A stretch of 63,953 nucleotides of DNA, the filler included, from Collodictyon triciliatum (Eukaryota): assembly GCA_043381765.1 (NCBI GenBank). It is 7 parts of 7 records of this genome, joined end to end, with 100 filler letters (N's around TTAATTAATTAA, not from the genome) between each part and the next. Parts side by side here need not be neighbours in the genome. Positions count along the whole stretch, not along the records: positions 24,653 to 34,018 come from JBHJMP010003048.1; positions 34,119 to 43,478 come from JBHJMP010003049.1; positions 43,579 to 52,937 come from JBHJMP010003050.1; 4 more parts are not named here. The stretch is one strand, 5' to 3'. How positions within the stretch are numbered: the first letter of the stretch is position 1; the number at the start of each line of letters is the position of its first letter. Positions 31,808 through 47,800 of this stretch are shown here, piece after piece. Made by a program: the position numbers and the translations under genes. The notes under the pieces were generated by a model. That model was not told the origin of the DNA, did not search any database, and saw only the letters and a program-made list of their open reading frames with translations.

Positions 31808-33582
31808 TTATTTGTCCTCCAACGCCTTCTTGATGGCAGCAAAGACCCTGAACTCGTCAGGGACATACACAGGCTCAAAGACAAGAGGGAAGGGCGTGTC
31901 GTAGCCGCAGACACGCAGGATGGGTGCTTCCAAGTGGTAGAAGCATCGCTCCTGAATGGAGGCTGCGATTTCGGCACCGAATCCGCTGGTCACGGGAGCT
32001 TCGTGGCTGACAATCAGGCGACCTTTGAGGGCATATCAAGTCATCTCACTGCGTAAGGAACAATCTCTCATTTTTATACAAATATGTATCATCTTTTGCT
32101 TTTTGCTTCTCTTTTCCGTATGCAGAGGAGACATGTTCATTTGTTCAAAGAAAAAACCCCATCACGATATCTTCAAGTGCAAATCACCAACCTGTCTTTT
32201 TCACGGAGCTCTCAACCAAGTCCACATCCCACGGAAGAAGTGTACAAAGGTCAATAAGTTCACACGAGATTCCTACCTCTCTGGCCATGTTGCAAGCCTT
32301 CTCTAGGACATGAATCTATGAACAAAGCTGCTATTAATGTCAGACTCAAAATATATACATTCCAAGCAAAAGGGTCTTTGAATTTTTCATCTTGCTGCAG
32401 CCCTCGAAGATGATTGTGGAGAATCATGATGGCCTGTCAATCATATGAATTTTCATATTGATACCTGGGCACCCCAGCCAACTATGGTCACATCAAACCC
32501 CTCGCGAATGATATCTCCTTTTCCCAGCGGGATTGTGTAGTCGCAAAGGGGCACTTGTGCGACAGATGACCGGTAAATCCACTTGGGCTCTAAGAACACA
32601 ACGGGGTCTTGCTCACGGATGGAAGCCAGCAAGAGACCCTTGGCCATGGCTGGGTTTCGCGGAACAACCACCTATAACCAGCATGTGTATATTATCAAAT
32701 ATACATTTTTTTGGGGATAAGAGGTTTTTGTTTTCCTCTTCTTCTTTTTCTTCTTTAGGGTATTGTCTCGTTCATACCTTCAGTCCGGGGGTATGTGTGA
32801 AATACGCTTCAGGCGACTGGGAATGATAATGCGCACCGTGACCAACAGCACCATAAGGAGCGCGGAAAGTAAGCTTCCCGACATTAAATTCATTTCCTGA
32901 GCGATATCGGTACTTTGCAGCCTCATTTACGATCTAATCCATGAGGAGATATCGAGTATTCGAAAGTAATTTTAAGTGAAATTGAACGAAAAAAATTGCT
33001 TGATATGTATCCTTATCTACAAAGATAAAAAAATATATACAACTCTAGGTTTCACTGACATAAGATTTATCATAGACATTTCGATTGATTCCTAAAAAAA
33101 AATATATATATTAATGATAATTTATTGAATCACTTGGTCAAAAGCTGGAAAAATGTAATCGGCAAATTGTATTTCAGCGATGGCAGTGGCACCTTCAGAG
33201 GCCAAACCTATGGCAAATCCAGCGATACCTACGTTATTAAAGCAGCTTTTGAGAAGAGTAAGAAAATTTGCTCAGACACTAAAACCTGCTCACAGACATA
33301 CAGAGATTGAATATTCAGACAAAATGTAAGGGGAAAAAAGAGAGGGAATAGTATGTCCATAATGAAATATTGCTTTTGGATGATACCTTGTTCGCACAAT
33401 GGCGTGTTGAACACTCTGTGAGCTCCAAACTTTTCTCTCAGATCTACAGTGCAACGAAAGACACCACCAAAGGCAACATCCTCGCCGAAGATGCATGCAG
33501 TTGGGTCACTTTCAAGAGCGATTCTCATGGCATCATTCACAGCTTGGAAGAGATTCATTTTCTTTGTGTTGTTTATGTCATC
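31808..33582 (-). CDS. BCKDHB: Branched-chain alpha-keto acid dehydrogenase E1 beta subunit; 5' exon(s) probably lost in the gap
   Basis: Six exons: [118 protein letters not shown]. Confidence 0.97.
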
Positions 33583-33863
33583 CTTGCGTTGAATCGAATA
33601 AAGTTAAGTGATTGTGTAGTTATTTAAGCTAAGCTAAAATAGCAGAAGTAGAGGATAAAGGAAACCAAGACACGCGTGGATTGGTAGAAGAAAAATAAAT
33701 TTTAAGTTTATAGAGACAAGTTAAATATATAAATTCCTATCAAATTTCATCGATGTCTCACAATGTGCTAATATTCATACAAATGTGATAGAATAAATAA
33801 AAAGGCTAGTCATGACAGTCTCTTATGACTGTCAAAAAAAAAAAGGAGAAAGAGAAAAAGAAA

Positions 33864-34018
33864 GAAAATGAAAATGAAAATGAAAATGAAAATGAAAATG
33901 AAAATGAAAAGAGAAAGAGATAGAGAAAGAGAAAGAGAAAGAGAAAGAGAAAGAGAAAGAGAAAGAGAAAGAGAAAGAGAAAGAGAAAGAGAAAGAGAAA
34001 GAGAAAGAGAAAGAGAAA
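33864..34018. repeat. (GAAAAT)n followed by (GAAAGA)n microsatellite
   Basis: Compound hexamer run ending at the contig break. Confidence 0.93.
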
Positions 34019-34118
34019 NNNNNNNNNNNNNNNNNNNNNNNNNNNNNNNNNNNNNNNNNNNNTTAATTAATTAANNNNNNNNNNNNNNNNNNNNNNNNNN
34101 NNNNNNNNNNNNNNNNNN

Positions 34119-34181
<63 letters not shown>

Positions 34182-34271
34182 AAAAAAAAACAAAAAAAAA
34201 CAAAAAAAAACAAAAAAGAGGGTTGAAGAAACCACGCGGGAAAGGCAGCCCAACGAATCCACACCTGGCAT

Positions 34272-37200
34272 ATGCGGATCTCCACGCAGTCGTCTTTGTC
34301 TCTTCTCTCTGCCTTTGGACTTTTGCTCTTTGCAAGTTCGGTTTTCTGTCGCTGCCCGACGCCACCGCGTGGTTGGACTTGCGAGGCGAGTCTGTACAAC
34401 TCCGGCAAAGAGTGCAACTGTGGATGCGGCTTATATGATCCTGACTGCGACATACCAAACTTGCCCATGCTTTCCTGCGAAGCCGGTGAATACTGTGCTT
34501 ATGACGGGACCTGCGCATCCTGTAGCAACACCCTTGTTTCTGGCCAGGGCATATATTTGCCTGTCACTGCAAGTAATTTTCCTTTGTAATATGTTCTCAG
34601 CAAATACAGTCTCTACTCTTCAAGATTTCTTCTTTATCTGGATCCAAAAAGAAAAAGAAAAGAAGACAAATTACGATTGTTTATGACACATGACTGTTTT
34701 TTTTCTTATGAGAAATCCTTTTATAATCAAGTGAAGAATTCGCAGTATTTTTTTTTTTTGGATATGAGGTGATACTGCATAATTTTTTTTTTTGAAAAAA
34801 ACAAGAAACCATCGCCAATAAATGAACCCTTTCCTGACATATTTGCACAAAGTTCTTACAAAAAACTGAATCAAATATGAAAATATCTTTTAAGCTTCCG
34901 GTAATACATGTTGCATGTTGAGCATCCCAAGAAGTCATGCACAAAGATGTAATACTGAATAACTCTCCAATTATTCTCAATTAGGCACTCATGGGATATG
35001 TTTCGTCTCATGTTCCCCTGGGTTTGCAGGGATTTCTTGTCAATCCCCGTCCAAGCCGCCTGCAAACTGGGAGTGTCCACCTCATCATTACAACGGAAAC
35101 GATGGCTGCCACTGCAACTGCGGTGCACCTGATCCAGATTGTGAGCTTGATAGGGAAACGGTATTTTTATTTATAACTTTGTCTTTCACATATGAGACAT
35201 ACATGGTCCGATATAGCTTTCTCCACTTTTTTCGACACTCCCATATAAATTTCGAGATCGATGTGGATGATGTATCGCTTATTAAAACACGATGAATGGA
35301 AGCCACACTTTGTGATCATTTGCATTCATGGTTCAACAACAAATAAAAAATCGGGTACCTTGGCCTGATACCTGAACATAGGTAATCGATGGTTGCACTG
35401 TTGGAGAGTACTGTAATGTTGAGACAGGAAGATGTTCTTTATGCAAAAATAATCCTGTTCATGGTTTGATTTCTTTTTCGTAATAAACAAAAACACTCGA
35501 CATTTCATACACAGATTTGCACATATAAATTATGCATAGCAGTACACAATCGTTCATGTAAGTAATCTGGTATACATATCGTCTTAGGTGATTATGCAAA
35601 AGATGGGTTTAATGGTCTAGCAATAAGCACAATCGGGATTTGTAGTGTCGATTGTCATTTTGGATTAGGGGGCAATAATTGTGATGATTATTGTCAATTC
35701 CAAGCCTGTGAGGTACGGTTCCTCAGACTTATCCATGATTCTATTTTCTTATCCTTGATGAGGAAATATTTAAATTCTGAGAAACAGAGCCATGCACAAT
35801 TTACAATTTAGAATTATCAATCATTTATGTTTGATTCTCGAACTCTTTTTCCCCAAATATCTCTAGGTCATCTCCTTTGAAAAATTTAGCTCGTGCCTGA
35901 ACCAAGTGATTATTTCTTTTGCCTACCATCGAATGAACAGTTTGATACATTATTTTGATTGGAGACATTTAAATTTTTATTTAATACATATTGTTTTCTC
36001 GAAATAGAAACGATTAAAAATTATAATTAGAGGTATTCGTTTGCTTTTCAGTTAATATTGGTTTATATGAGGTGCTACCTTGAATTGCTCATGGTTCTAT
36101 TCACTTTTTTTTTTTTTTGCATAATTTTCTTGCTCTTCGAATCTATGAATAGATTCCATTCTCTGATGACACGCGCAAAAAAACCCTCGATTCTCTGGCG
36201 TTTGGGTTGAATATGTATGTCTTCAAGGATATCATTGCAGAACCACCACAACCAGAATATTTTCCTGATAAAGTCGATGTGAAGGAAATACTAGAGGGAT
36301 TTTATGTGAAAAATTACAAGTATTTACCATTCACATATCTCTAATTGAATTTATTTATGATACTACATTTACAATATCTACTTATCACACTTTTACTAAC
36401 CCATCTACTATACTACACCAGTAACGATAATGATTTCCAGGTATACGAATGAAATATTATTTTGAAATAACCATTTTGATTTTTCAAATGAAGCCTTCCA
36501 AAAATCTGAAGTTGGGGAAATCTGTCATAATAAAACAAACACTTGTGTTTATCTAGGAAGATTTGGCTGAAGCTTTCATCCCACTTTATGATGCTCACAC
36601 CCTATACATCAAACCAAGCAGCTACCGAGACCTTTATTTCATGCTTCCCATCAACATCGTCTCTGTGGTTCATTTCAATATCTTTTTCTTACTAGTTTTG
36701 GAGATTGTGTGCTTTTTTCTCCCTCTACTGATCAGTACATAAGATTTTTGTGGTGCATCGGATATGATAATTAAAGACAAAGAATGCTCGTATGCTTCTT
36801 TAAGCGAAACTACATCATCGACCATAGAAAAGCTCCTTTTTTTTTTTGTTTTTATTTGATTCCACATGATTTATTCCCCTTTACTCGATTCAAAGTGGTT
36901 TGATTCCACATGATAAATCATACAGGATGAATCCGATGAAGAGGAGATACATATGTCGATATTCATATCATCTGTGGCTCAGTTGGCAGGATGGGATGAT
37001 GTGATATCGCCGATTGATCTAAAATCTCTCATAGGTCAACGGGATATATCAATAATTACACTGGACACAAATAAGATGGGCTAATTGATATATGTTTTGT
37101 AAAAAAAATTGCTAATATGCTAAGTTGAATTTACTAAAGATCGGTAGTTGTATTCGCCTTTTCTTATAAACAGGTGCTCGAGTGAACAAAATAGATGGAA

Positions 37201-40200
37201 TTGCGGCGATTGAGGTAAATGGTTAATTTGTTGATGGCACACAACGTCAGAGGATATATTTGTATTCATATCAAGCTTTAATATGCGGCTTGGATATTTC
37301 ACCGTCATGTAATGAAAAGTATTTGGTCATCGTAATATTTAAACTAAAAAACAATCTTTCCGCATCCTATACATATTTTAGTATCTGCAAAAGTTTTCAG
37401 ACTCAGTTGTCGGCTTATCCAAGGACCATGGAACCAGATTTAATATTGCAACCAGTACTTATCTCGTAGTCTCGTTATATAATCATATATTGTCTCAAAA
37501 TATTTTGAAATTACAAATTCAAGTATTCAGTCTAATTCTTTACAAGGCGGTTCATTTGTTTTGCGATCTCTTATTGTGCGATCAAAACCTGATTCTCCTT
37601 ATGTAACTCTAAGGTTAATACATTTACTGCGATTATAGAAATTATATTGTTTTGATCAGAACACACATTTTTACGATTAAAATAGGAAAATTGACTACTC
37701 ACTTGTTTTTCATTGAAAAGTTGCACAAACGCTACGTCTTCACTCCCGTTCACAGTGGAGATTCCCTGGGTTGGATACTCGAGAAAGAAGATTGCAAAGT
37801 TTGAGCAATTACTCGCGCAATATGCAATTCCTAACGCGTAACTACATTGATAACTATTTATTCTACTCCATTCAACAATTTAAAGCGAATACTTTTCCTT
37901 TTTATTTTATCGCATTGTTTCCGCATCTATATCTCAATTTCCAAGCCTAGAAATCAATACACCTGGTTTGAACTATACCAGGAGAAAAATGATAGGGGCT
38001 GAGTTCCAAGAGAACACATACTTAGAAGAAATCACACCAGTCGTTGAGACTATCCGAGAATCTATAGGGATGAAGCCCAAAAAATCATCCAATCCACACC
38101 ATGTTGGGAATCTTAATTTTATTCTCTCTGTGACAGAAACGAAGCGAAAAAGACATACAGAATTCTGTCACATATTAACCATTGAAATAATCACAACAGA
38201 TCTTCCCGTTGACAACGATAGTGGATGAAAGTGATGTTAAATTTTTCAGGTTGCAAATTATGCGAAGGATACCTTCCCAGCCACATTTTATAAGAAAACA
38301 TGAACTCCAATCTAGCTCTACTTTACTTTTTTTTTTTTTTTTAAGAATTTTCTACGCAGTGAAATGACCACCTAGCCCCCAATTTATTGATAGCTTATAC
38401 ACCATCCTTGACATTTTTATATGCTAATAGATATTTCAACATTTTAAAAGGATTTCGCTAGACGCAGGTGTTTTGAAAATTAGCACGTTTCTCCCCCAAA
38501 ACTTGAATACATTTCGATACGCCGTCGTGGACTCTATGATGAAAGCACAGAGCCTCGGAATCAAAAAATTGATGAGTACTGTATCGCCTTTCTATTGATT
38601 TGGAGGGATACTTCCGCATGTTTTCGATCCTGGAAATGTTTCTTAAAAGAAAAAACCGGTCGATTAGTTGATTTCCGCGGAAACGGTGGCGGTTATATTT
38701 GCCTGGGATATGCTCTATTGAAGTACCTTGTTCCTACTATCGACTTGTACAACATGTATGATATGCTTGCGCATCCAACTTTTGGTAAGAATGCTTCTAT
38801 GATATAAAGTGTTTTCATAATTCATATGAGAGTCTTCATTAGATCTATTTTTATATTCTTTTTATAATTCTAATTCTTTGTATTTTTATTTTTACAATTT
38901 CAAATCCTTAGTTGACCTGGCCAAAAGGGCGACCCTCACTGACCCGCATATGTGGAATCCGCAAACATGGGCCAACGGTGCTCACATTTTTACGTTTCTT
39001 TGTTCCAAAAAGAAAAAAACATAAAATTCTGTGACAATTTTTCTCCTTTGATATTTATGTTGCCTTCATTGTCCGTGATGTAGCAAAGGGAGTTCCATTT
39101 GAGGATGCTAGTTGGATTACAGAATCAGTGAAAAGAAAATGGGGTGATAACGAATCTGAATATTCCAGCGTATTTCGTGACTATTGCGAGCAATTTATGG
39201 AGGATTGGCCGATTACCAGGTGAAAACCAACCACTTGAATATCTTATTTATCTGGGTAATACCAATTAAATGCAGAAGCGTTATTTCAGTAAAATATTTT
39301 GTAAAATATTAATTTCAGTGGTGTTCCACTTAGAAAAGAATGTTATGAACACCAAGAATCTTAGATATACATAGCCTTACTGAACATATTATGTTGAAAA
39401 TCATTTAAATTATCCAGCCAGCCTGCTTTCTCTCCATCTAATATTTTGGTGGTGACGGATGGATACTGTGGAAGCACATGGTATGATGTAGTGATCTATT
39501 TATCCCATTTCCTTATACCCACATAATATATACCTCTCTTTTTTTTTTAAAGAATAAATGATTTAAATACCATTCAGAAGATATACTATTTTAGGTGAAT
39601 CCTATGATTGACGTATATCATAATTATGGTCATGGGTGTTGTTATTTGAATTGATTGAAATGACTGACCACGAATGATTCTTAGTGCGGTTTTTACTCTC
39701 GCTCTTCAAGAGGCGCAGGTTGCGAGGACTCTTGTCTTTGGCGGGCTTCCTGAAAAAAAGCAGATGCCCGGTTCATTTCCTGGCGGACAAGTGATTTATT
39801 TTTCTACACACGATGATGAATCTGGAGTTTATTTGGTCAAGAATCATGATTCTCGATACATCTTTTAAAAAAAGAAGCAGAAATAAAACTATTTCTACGT
39901 AGAACGATATATATGTCGACCTTCCATGATTTTAAACTTTTTTTTTTTTTTTTAACGAATGATTTCATGCCCAGGTTTACACGCTTAACAGATTGATACA
40001 GGATATGCACAGTTTAAACATCACAGATTCTGTAAATATGCCACCATCCCTCCCTACCTCTGCCGATTTTTCATTCACTATCCGAGAGGTTTTCAGGTTG
40101 CCGATGGCCATACGTCCAATTTAAAAATTCCTCTAAATATAATTCTTTGGATGATTTAAAACATAAACCCATATTTCTAAGTTTCAATCTATTTCTTATT

Positions 40201-41131
40201 CACTCGCTCTGTCATGGGGAGATTACTTCTTGTGCAACATCGAAGGCACTTCTTTGTTTCATCGGAGATGGAAAAAAATATTTATCTTAATCCTTTTTTT
40301 TTTCTTGTCCGTAACCCCTACAGTCGACAGCCGAAGTTTTCAAATATCCCATTGGAATATGTGTGGAACCCATCAAACTTTCGGATTCTTTATACCATCT
40401 CCAGTGCAACAGACAACACAATATTTTATCAGGAAGCCGCACGATTTTTCGAATTTTGTCGAGCAGACGAAACCAGACCTTGCAGCATAGAAAGTAATCG
40501 CGTTCCTTTTATTTTTTCCCATATCCTCTTTTCGCCTTTTCGCTTTTAGCCAAACATGACGTTTCTTATCAATCAATCCTTTTTTTTTTTTATATGTATA
40601 TATATACATTTTATTTTCGATAAGGGTACATAAAGAATTGATGATTGTGACGATAACTGCAGATGGTATCGGGGTGCAGAAGTGCTCATCAACTGGGACA
40701 TTCTCAGAGAAGTGCACGATTGTCGTCTGTGATGATGGATTTCAGGAAAGCGTAAACTCATGTTTGGAGGATGAATACCTCACATGGTATACATCACGCC
40801 TCTTTTAAAATCCAAAAACTGATGAATGTAAATAAATCTTAAAGGAATTCAATTGTTATTTTTTTTATTTCAATAAATAGCCAGCTTTATCCATCCCAGT
40901 TTCCATCATGCATCTATAAACCAATTTTTCTTTTTCGCACAGGAGAGATTACTTTGCATATGCGTTCCTGGTAATCAGCGGAATCGGATTCTTTGTCTTT
41001 CTCTATCGCCGGTGGAAGCAGCGTCCGGAAAATCTTCGTGCGCACTTTATGAAGTGCGAAATCTTGTTTTGATTATTTCATCACACTTTTATCAGAGTCT
41101 TTTATCATTCAACAGCAACATTGCTAAGTGA
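34272..41131 (+). CDS. Type I membrane S41-family (CPAF/fungal-type) peptidase with N-terminal Cys-rich repeats
   Basis: Signal peptide; two W-x-C...Y...C-x-C-x-CG-x-x-DPDC repeats; CLNQIPF, LYDAHT, SKDHGTRFN, VLKISTF, LMIDFRGNGGG, ILVVTDGYCGSTCAVF, FGGLP, SFPGGQV, FSFTIRE, IPLEY; a C-terminal Cys-rich module, TM YFAYAFLVISGIGFFVFLY, then RRWK. Confidence 0.85.
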
Positions 41132-42050
41132 CGCATTTTACAATTTACTCATTAATGAACCCCACTGTGTAGAATCATGAATCTCACAAATCCATATGCC
41201 ATCGTTCGATTCAGCAAGGACGGCATACTTGGGGAAGAGCTCTCGGACGCATCTGAAGATTCCAACACACGCGTATAAGAAAGACTCTGAAAAGGAAAAG
41301 AAAATAAAGTACAAATCAAGAACGGATGTAATGATGATTGTTTCCAAAGCCATCATCGCCATTGTCTTCCTCCAAAGAACAGAATACTTATTGTCTAATT
41401 AGATGAAGCAATAACTGTATACTGAATTATTTATTTTTTCTGGCAATTACAAGCGCTTCTTGCAGTCTAGTAAAAAAAAAAATCCAAACAATGGAAGCAT
41501 ATTCACCCGCCCCAACCCAATAGTTTGTTATTCGGAACGCAGTTTATTTATTTTTTTAAAAGAAAAAGAATGTGAAGAAAATTAGATGGGTGTAAAATAA
41601 TCACACACGTTCGCCTGATTCAATTTCTGATTCGCCAGCACTCTTTTTCGTTCAGGTATATGAAGGAATTGTATCACTTGAATGAGTCTATTAAGAATTT
41701 TTTTAAATTATTTCCTCATCGATAACATCTCTTAATTCGCTGCTGTAAAAAACAAAACAAAACACACAAAAAACAAAACAACAAAAAAAAAACACACACA
41801 AAAAACACACAAAAAACACACAAAAAACACAAAAAAACACAAAAAAACATACAAAAAAAACACAAAAAACAACACAGATAATGAGCGAGGTTATTTCACT
41901 TTTTTTTTTTTAGAGAACAAGAAAAAAGAATGAAAAAAAGAAAAGAAAAAGGAGAGAATGGAATTTTAATATGAAAGAGTTTTTAGAAATTAAGCGAAAG
42001 GTGCCGAACAAAGGACAAGAAACGAAAGACAAGAGACAAAAGACAAAAGG

Positions 42051-43342
<1,292 letters not shown>

Positions 43343-43578
43343 AAGTCAGTTATGTGATGGCATATCCCTACTATCGGGATGCTGACCAGGTTTATGGATG
43401 AAAAACCAATAAAAAAAACCAATAAAAAAAACCAATAAAAAAAACCAATAAAAAAAACCAATAAAAAAAACCAATAAANNNNNNNNNNNNNNNNNNNNNN
43501 NNNNNNNNNNNNNNNNNNNNNNTTAATTAATTAANNNNNNNNNNNNNNNNNNNNNNNNNNNNNNNNNNNNNNNNNNNN

Positions 43579-44827
43579 CCAATCCCAATCTCAGTCTCAA
43601 TCCCAGTCTCAATCCCAATCCCAATCTCAATCCCAGTCTCAATCCCAATCCCAATCCCAATCCCAATCCCAATCCCAATCCCAATCCCAATCCCAATCTC
43701 AATCCCAATCCCAATCTCAATCCCAATCTCAGTCTCAGTCTCAATCTCAGTCTCAATCTCAATCTCAATCTCAATCTCAATCTCAATCCCAATCTCAGTC
43801 TCAATCCCAATCTCAGTCTCAATCCCAATCTCAGTCTCAATCCCAATCTCAGTCTCAATCTCAATCTCAATCTCTGTCTCAGTCTCATTCTCAGTCTCAA
43901 TCTCAATCTCAGTCTCAATCTCAGTCTCAATCCCAATCTCAGTCTCAGTCTCAATCTCAATCTCAATCTCAATCTCAGTCTCAATCTCAGTCTCAATCCC
44001 AATCTCAGTCTCAGTCTCAATCTCAATCTCAATCTCAATCTCAATCTCAGTCTCAATCCCAATCCCAATCTCAGTCTCAATCTCAATCCCAATCTAAATC
44101 TCAATCTCAATCTCAATCTCAATCTCAATCTCAATCTCAATCTCAATATCAATCTCAATCTCAATCTCAATCTCAATCTCAGTCTCAATCTCAATCTCAG
44201 TCTCAGTCTCAGTCTCAGTCTCAATCTCAATCTCAATCTCAATCTCAATCTCAATCTCAATCCCAATCTAAATCTCAATCTCAATCTCAATCCAAATCCC
44301 AGTCTCCATCCCAATCGCAATCCCAGTCTCAATCCCAATCCCAATCCCAATCTCAGTCTCAGTCCCAATCTCAATCCCAGTCTCAATCCCAATCTCAGTC
44401 TCAGTCCCAGTCTCAATCTCAATCCCAATCTCAGTCTCAGTCTCGGTCTCAATCTCAATCTCAATCCCAATCTCAGTCTCAATCCCAGTCTCAATCCCAA
44501 TCTCAGTCTCAATCCCAATCTCAGTCTCAGTCTCAGTCCCAATCCCAGTCTCAATCTCAATCTCAATCTCAGTCTCAGTCTCAGTCTCAGTCTCAGTCTC
44601 AATCTCAATCCCAATCTCAGTCTCAATCTCAATCCCAATCTAAATCTCAATCTCAATCTCAATCTCAATCTCAATCTCAATCTCAGACTCAGTCTCAATC
44701 TCAATCCTTTTCGAAATCCCAATCTCTGTCTCAAACATCTGATCAAGTTGTATCTGAACATCAATCCCAGTCTCAATCCCAGTCTCAATCCCAATCCCAA
44801 TCCCAATCTCAATCCCAATCTCAGTCT
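43579..44827 (+). repeat. Coding hexamer repeat (TCY CAR)n = (Ser-Gln)n, about 200 units, open to the gap
   Basis: Units vary almost only as TCT/TCC and CAA/CAG and run in frame into SPSIEVTPTP...IPT domains. Confidence 0.9.
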
Positions 44828-47800
44828 CCGTCAATCGAAGTCACACCGACTCCATCATTTTCCCAGTCAAACTCTCAAACTCCGCTGTGTGATCCAAGTA
44901 CGGCGGTAATCGATTCCATTAATGTCCTCACAGGCCCGGCAAGTGGCGGTACATCATTCATTATATCTGGAAGCAGCTTTTGCTTTACTCCTGGGTCCCT
45001 CATCAGTGTTAAAATTGGTGATATATTCGCACAAGTAGTAGAATTTGATGCTGGGAAAATTGTATGCTTGTCTCCATCTGGGGTTGGTCGAGATCTCCCC
45101 GTCGTTGTAATTTTACCTGATGGCACTGTAGTCAGCAACCCTTTGCTGAAGTGGGCATATGACGCACCCGTAATCTATTCGCTAGATCCTAGCACGTCTT
45201 CTCTTGTTGGTAACATCCCGCTGACAATATCCGGTCTAAACTTTGGCCCTGTTGACGAAAGAGAGAGTTTCAAAGCTTTAGTTAAAATTGGGTCCCTTTC
45301 GTGCTCGCCAGTGTTTAAGATAAGCAACTCTCAGCTAGTATGTGTAGTTCCTCCCCATGATGTCATCGACAGTTATCAAGTCACTGTAACAATAGGTGGA
45401 CAGCCATCTTTAAATGCAGAAACTTTTACCTATTATGATTCTGGGGTATCCTCTTTAGAGCCTAACATAGGTCCATCCTTTGGAGGGACTCGTGTTAATG
45501 TCGTTACCATCGATAAGTCTACCGGAGATGTTCATATATACATTAACCATGATATTGGAAGCATTGACCCTGGTAGATTATTACTCGTTTCGAGTGTAGC
45601 AAATGGTCTTATATCGTTCACGATCCCTCAAGATATCTACACGCAAGGAGAAGCGCACGTATGGACAAAAAAAAATATTTTTTTTCCTCTATTCGATTCA
45701 AAGATGGACATAAAATTTAATTTATCATATCTCGGCCTTAATTTTTTTTTTTTCGTCAATTACATAATCACAACAATATCCTCGTTTGCATTTTTTTTTA
45801 ACAAAATATGTAAATCTTACCCTTTTGGCACATCTCACCAATAGCTTACTTTCGTTGTGAAACTTGGTTCAAGCGATCAAAAAACACTGGGCCCAGAACT
45901 ATTCACGTTCTATCAGAACTTTACCATTTCTAGTCTATCCCATACGAGATATATTTACGAACAATCGTTCGTCCTCGGGCTATTTGGGGACAATTTTGTT
46001 CAATTTTATCCACAATATGCAAAATGCAATGTATCAGGTCAACTTCTGGTAAGTTTTTACTATTTTGTCTTTAATCTCTTCCTGGGCTACATACAGCACA
46101 ATTCATGCGAAATTCACGATTATTTTTTTAAATAGGGTCAATTAGATGTTGTTAATTCTACATACGCAAGATGTACACTGCAATCTGTATCAAGGCCGAT
46201 ATTTACATCTATCAGTATATCGTTCGATTCTCAATACTATAACAAAAGCCCCTTCGATGTCGCTCGATTCGGTAATTATTGGAATTTACCCTGTTGAACT
46301 TATATGTAATGATTAAATGCATTGGTACTAAAATCAGATGTTTCCCCACAGAACCGCCTCCAAACTTTGTGAAAGCATATTACTCTTCCAGTCTATCTTC
46401 TATTATCCTGTTGTTTGATGCAAGTACAAATGGAGAGGATTTGATAGTTACCTCCAACTGTGAACTATTCATTACCTCGGCATCGCTAAGCCAATTCACC
46501 AATCCCACGTGCAAGTGGACAGATTCCCTTAATTTGGTAATATCGGCCACCAGACTCCCCTCTCTCAATTACCTGATAACCCTTGTCAACACGGCCATAT
46601 ATGGAGCTAAAAGAGACAGTCTTAATCGAGAATTATATCCTTTTGTGACTGGCTCCCAACCCACCGTCATTGTCGATGATATATCACCTATAATTGTCAT
46701 TCAAGTATGTGGCCTCGTTTATAAGGAATCTGCATTACAAACATACAACTACTTTAGCCTATTTTTTTGAACGTTTGCAAATACAAAACAACGGCATTAT
46801 GTTCGTCGATTGAACTTTTTTTTTTCACCTTAGGGAAACTCTGCAATCAGCTACTGCGTACCCTTTAATTTGCAAGTCTATCAAACTTATAAAACGGGTG
46901 GTCAGGCTCTTACGTATAAGTGGTCACTTTTGAACAATGCCCCTATTGGTTCTATGTATGCGGTTAATTACTACCCCCATGACTACCATCACCGCCTCTT
47001 TAATAATTAATACTACTCAATTTGATATATAATTATTTCACTGAGTTTTGTAGTCACTAGATAAGCCAGGAAGCTCGGTTGAAACCATAACCCTCTATAA
47101 ATTACATTAGAATGGCTGAGCTGTCTAATATCGTTTCGAAGACCACCGGACCTGTGATGAATATCGACAAGATTAACTTTCCTGCCATTTATACCCTTCC
47201 CAACAATACGGAATATCGTTTCAGAGTGATTGCCTTCAACTATCTCAATGCGTTCACTACAAAGGACATTTCTGTTTTCAGGGCAGAGGAATCCACTCCC
47301 CCTATCTTCATTCTTGGAGGCCTGACGCAGGTAGAATATTTTATTTAACAGGGAGGCTTTTCGACTCATTCAACTAGGTATTTGAATAATCCAACTAATC
47401 AAAATATCAATCAACAGTTTGTTTACCCATGGAGAGAGAATATATTCTTATCCAGAAGCGAGTCCACTGAATGTTTTTCAAACGGTAATCTAAAGTACCG
47501 ATGGACCATTAAAGATCTGACCTGTAAAACAGATGGAACCAAAGTATGTTTAGAGTGATTATCTTGTCAGTATGAACTCATCAAAGAGACAACATCACCT
47601 AGAGAAACAACGACTGATATGCTCTTGCCTAGGTCGATCAGCACGATCTTACCTTTAGACCCTTCCTTTTCTCTGATTGCATTGGCCAAACTTTTACTCT
47701 CGAAGTTCAGGTTTGACATCGCCAAAGATAATAATAATTCATTTTTGTTACATTTTTCTTAACACATGTTACCTTTTATTTGTTTGTTTGTAGTTGGAAA

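Noticed and set aside
43523-44834. 431-aa (Leu-Arg/Leu-Gly)n and (Glu-Ile)n minus-strand ORFs
   Set aside because: These are antisense shadows of the (SQ)n repeat. Variation is synonymous only in the plus-strand SQ frame, which continues into IPT domains.
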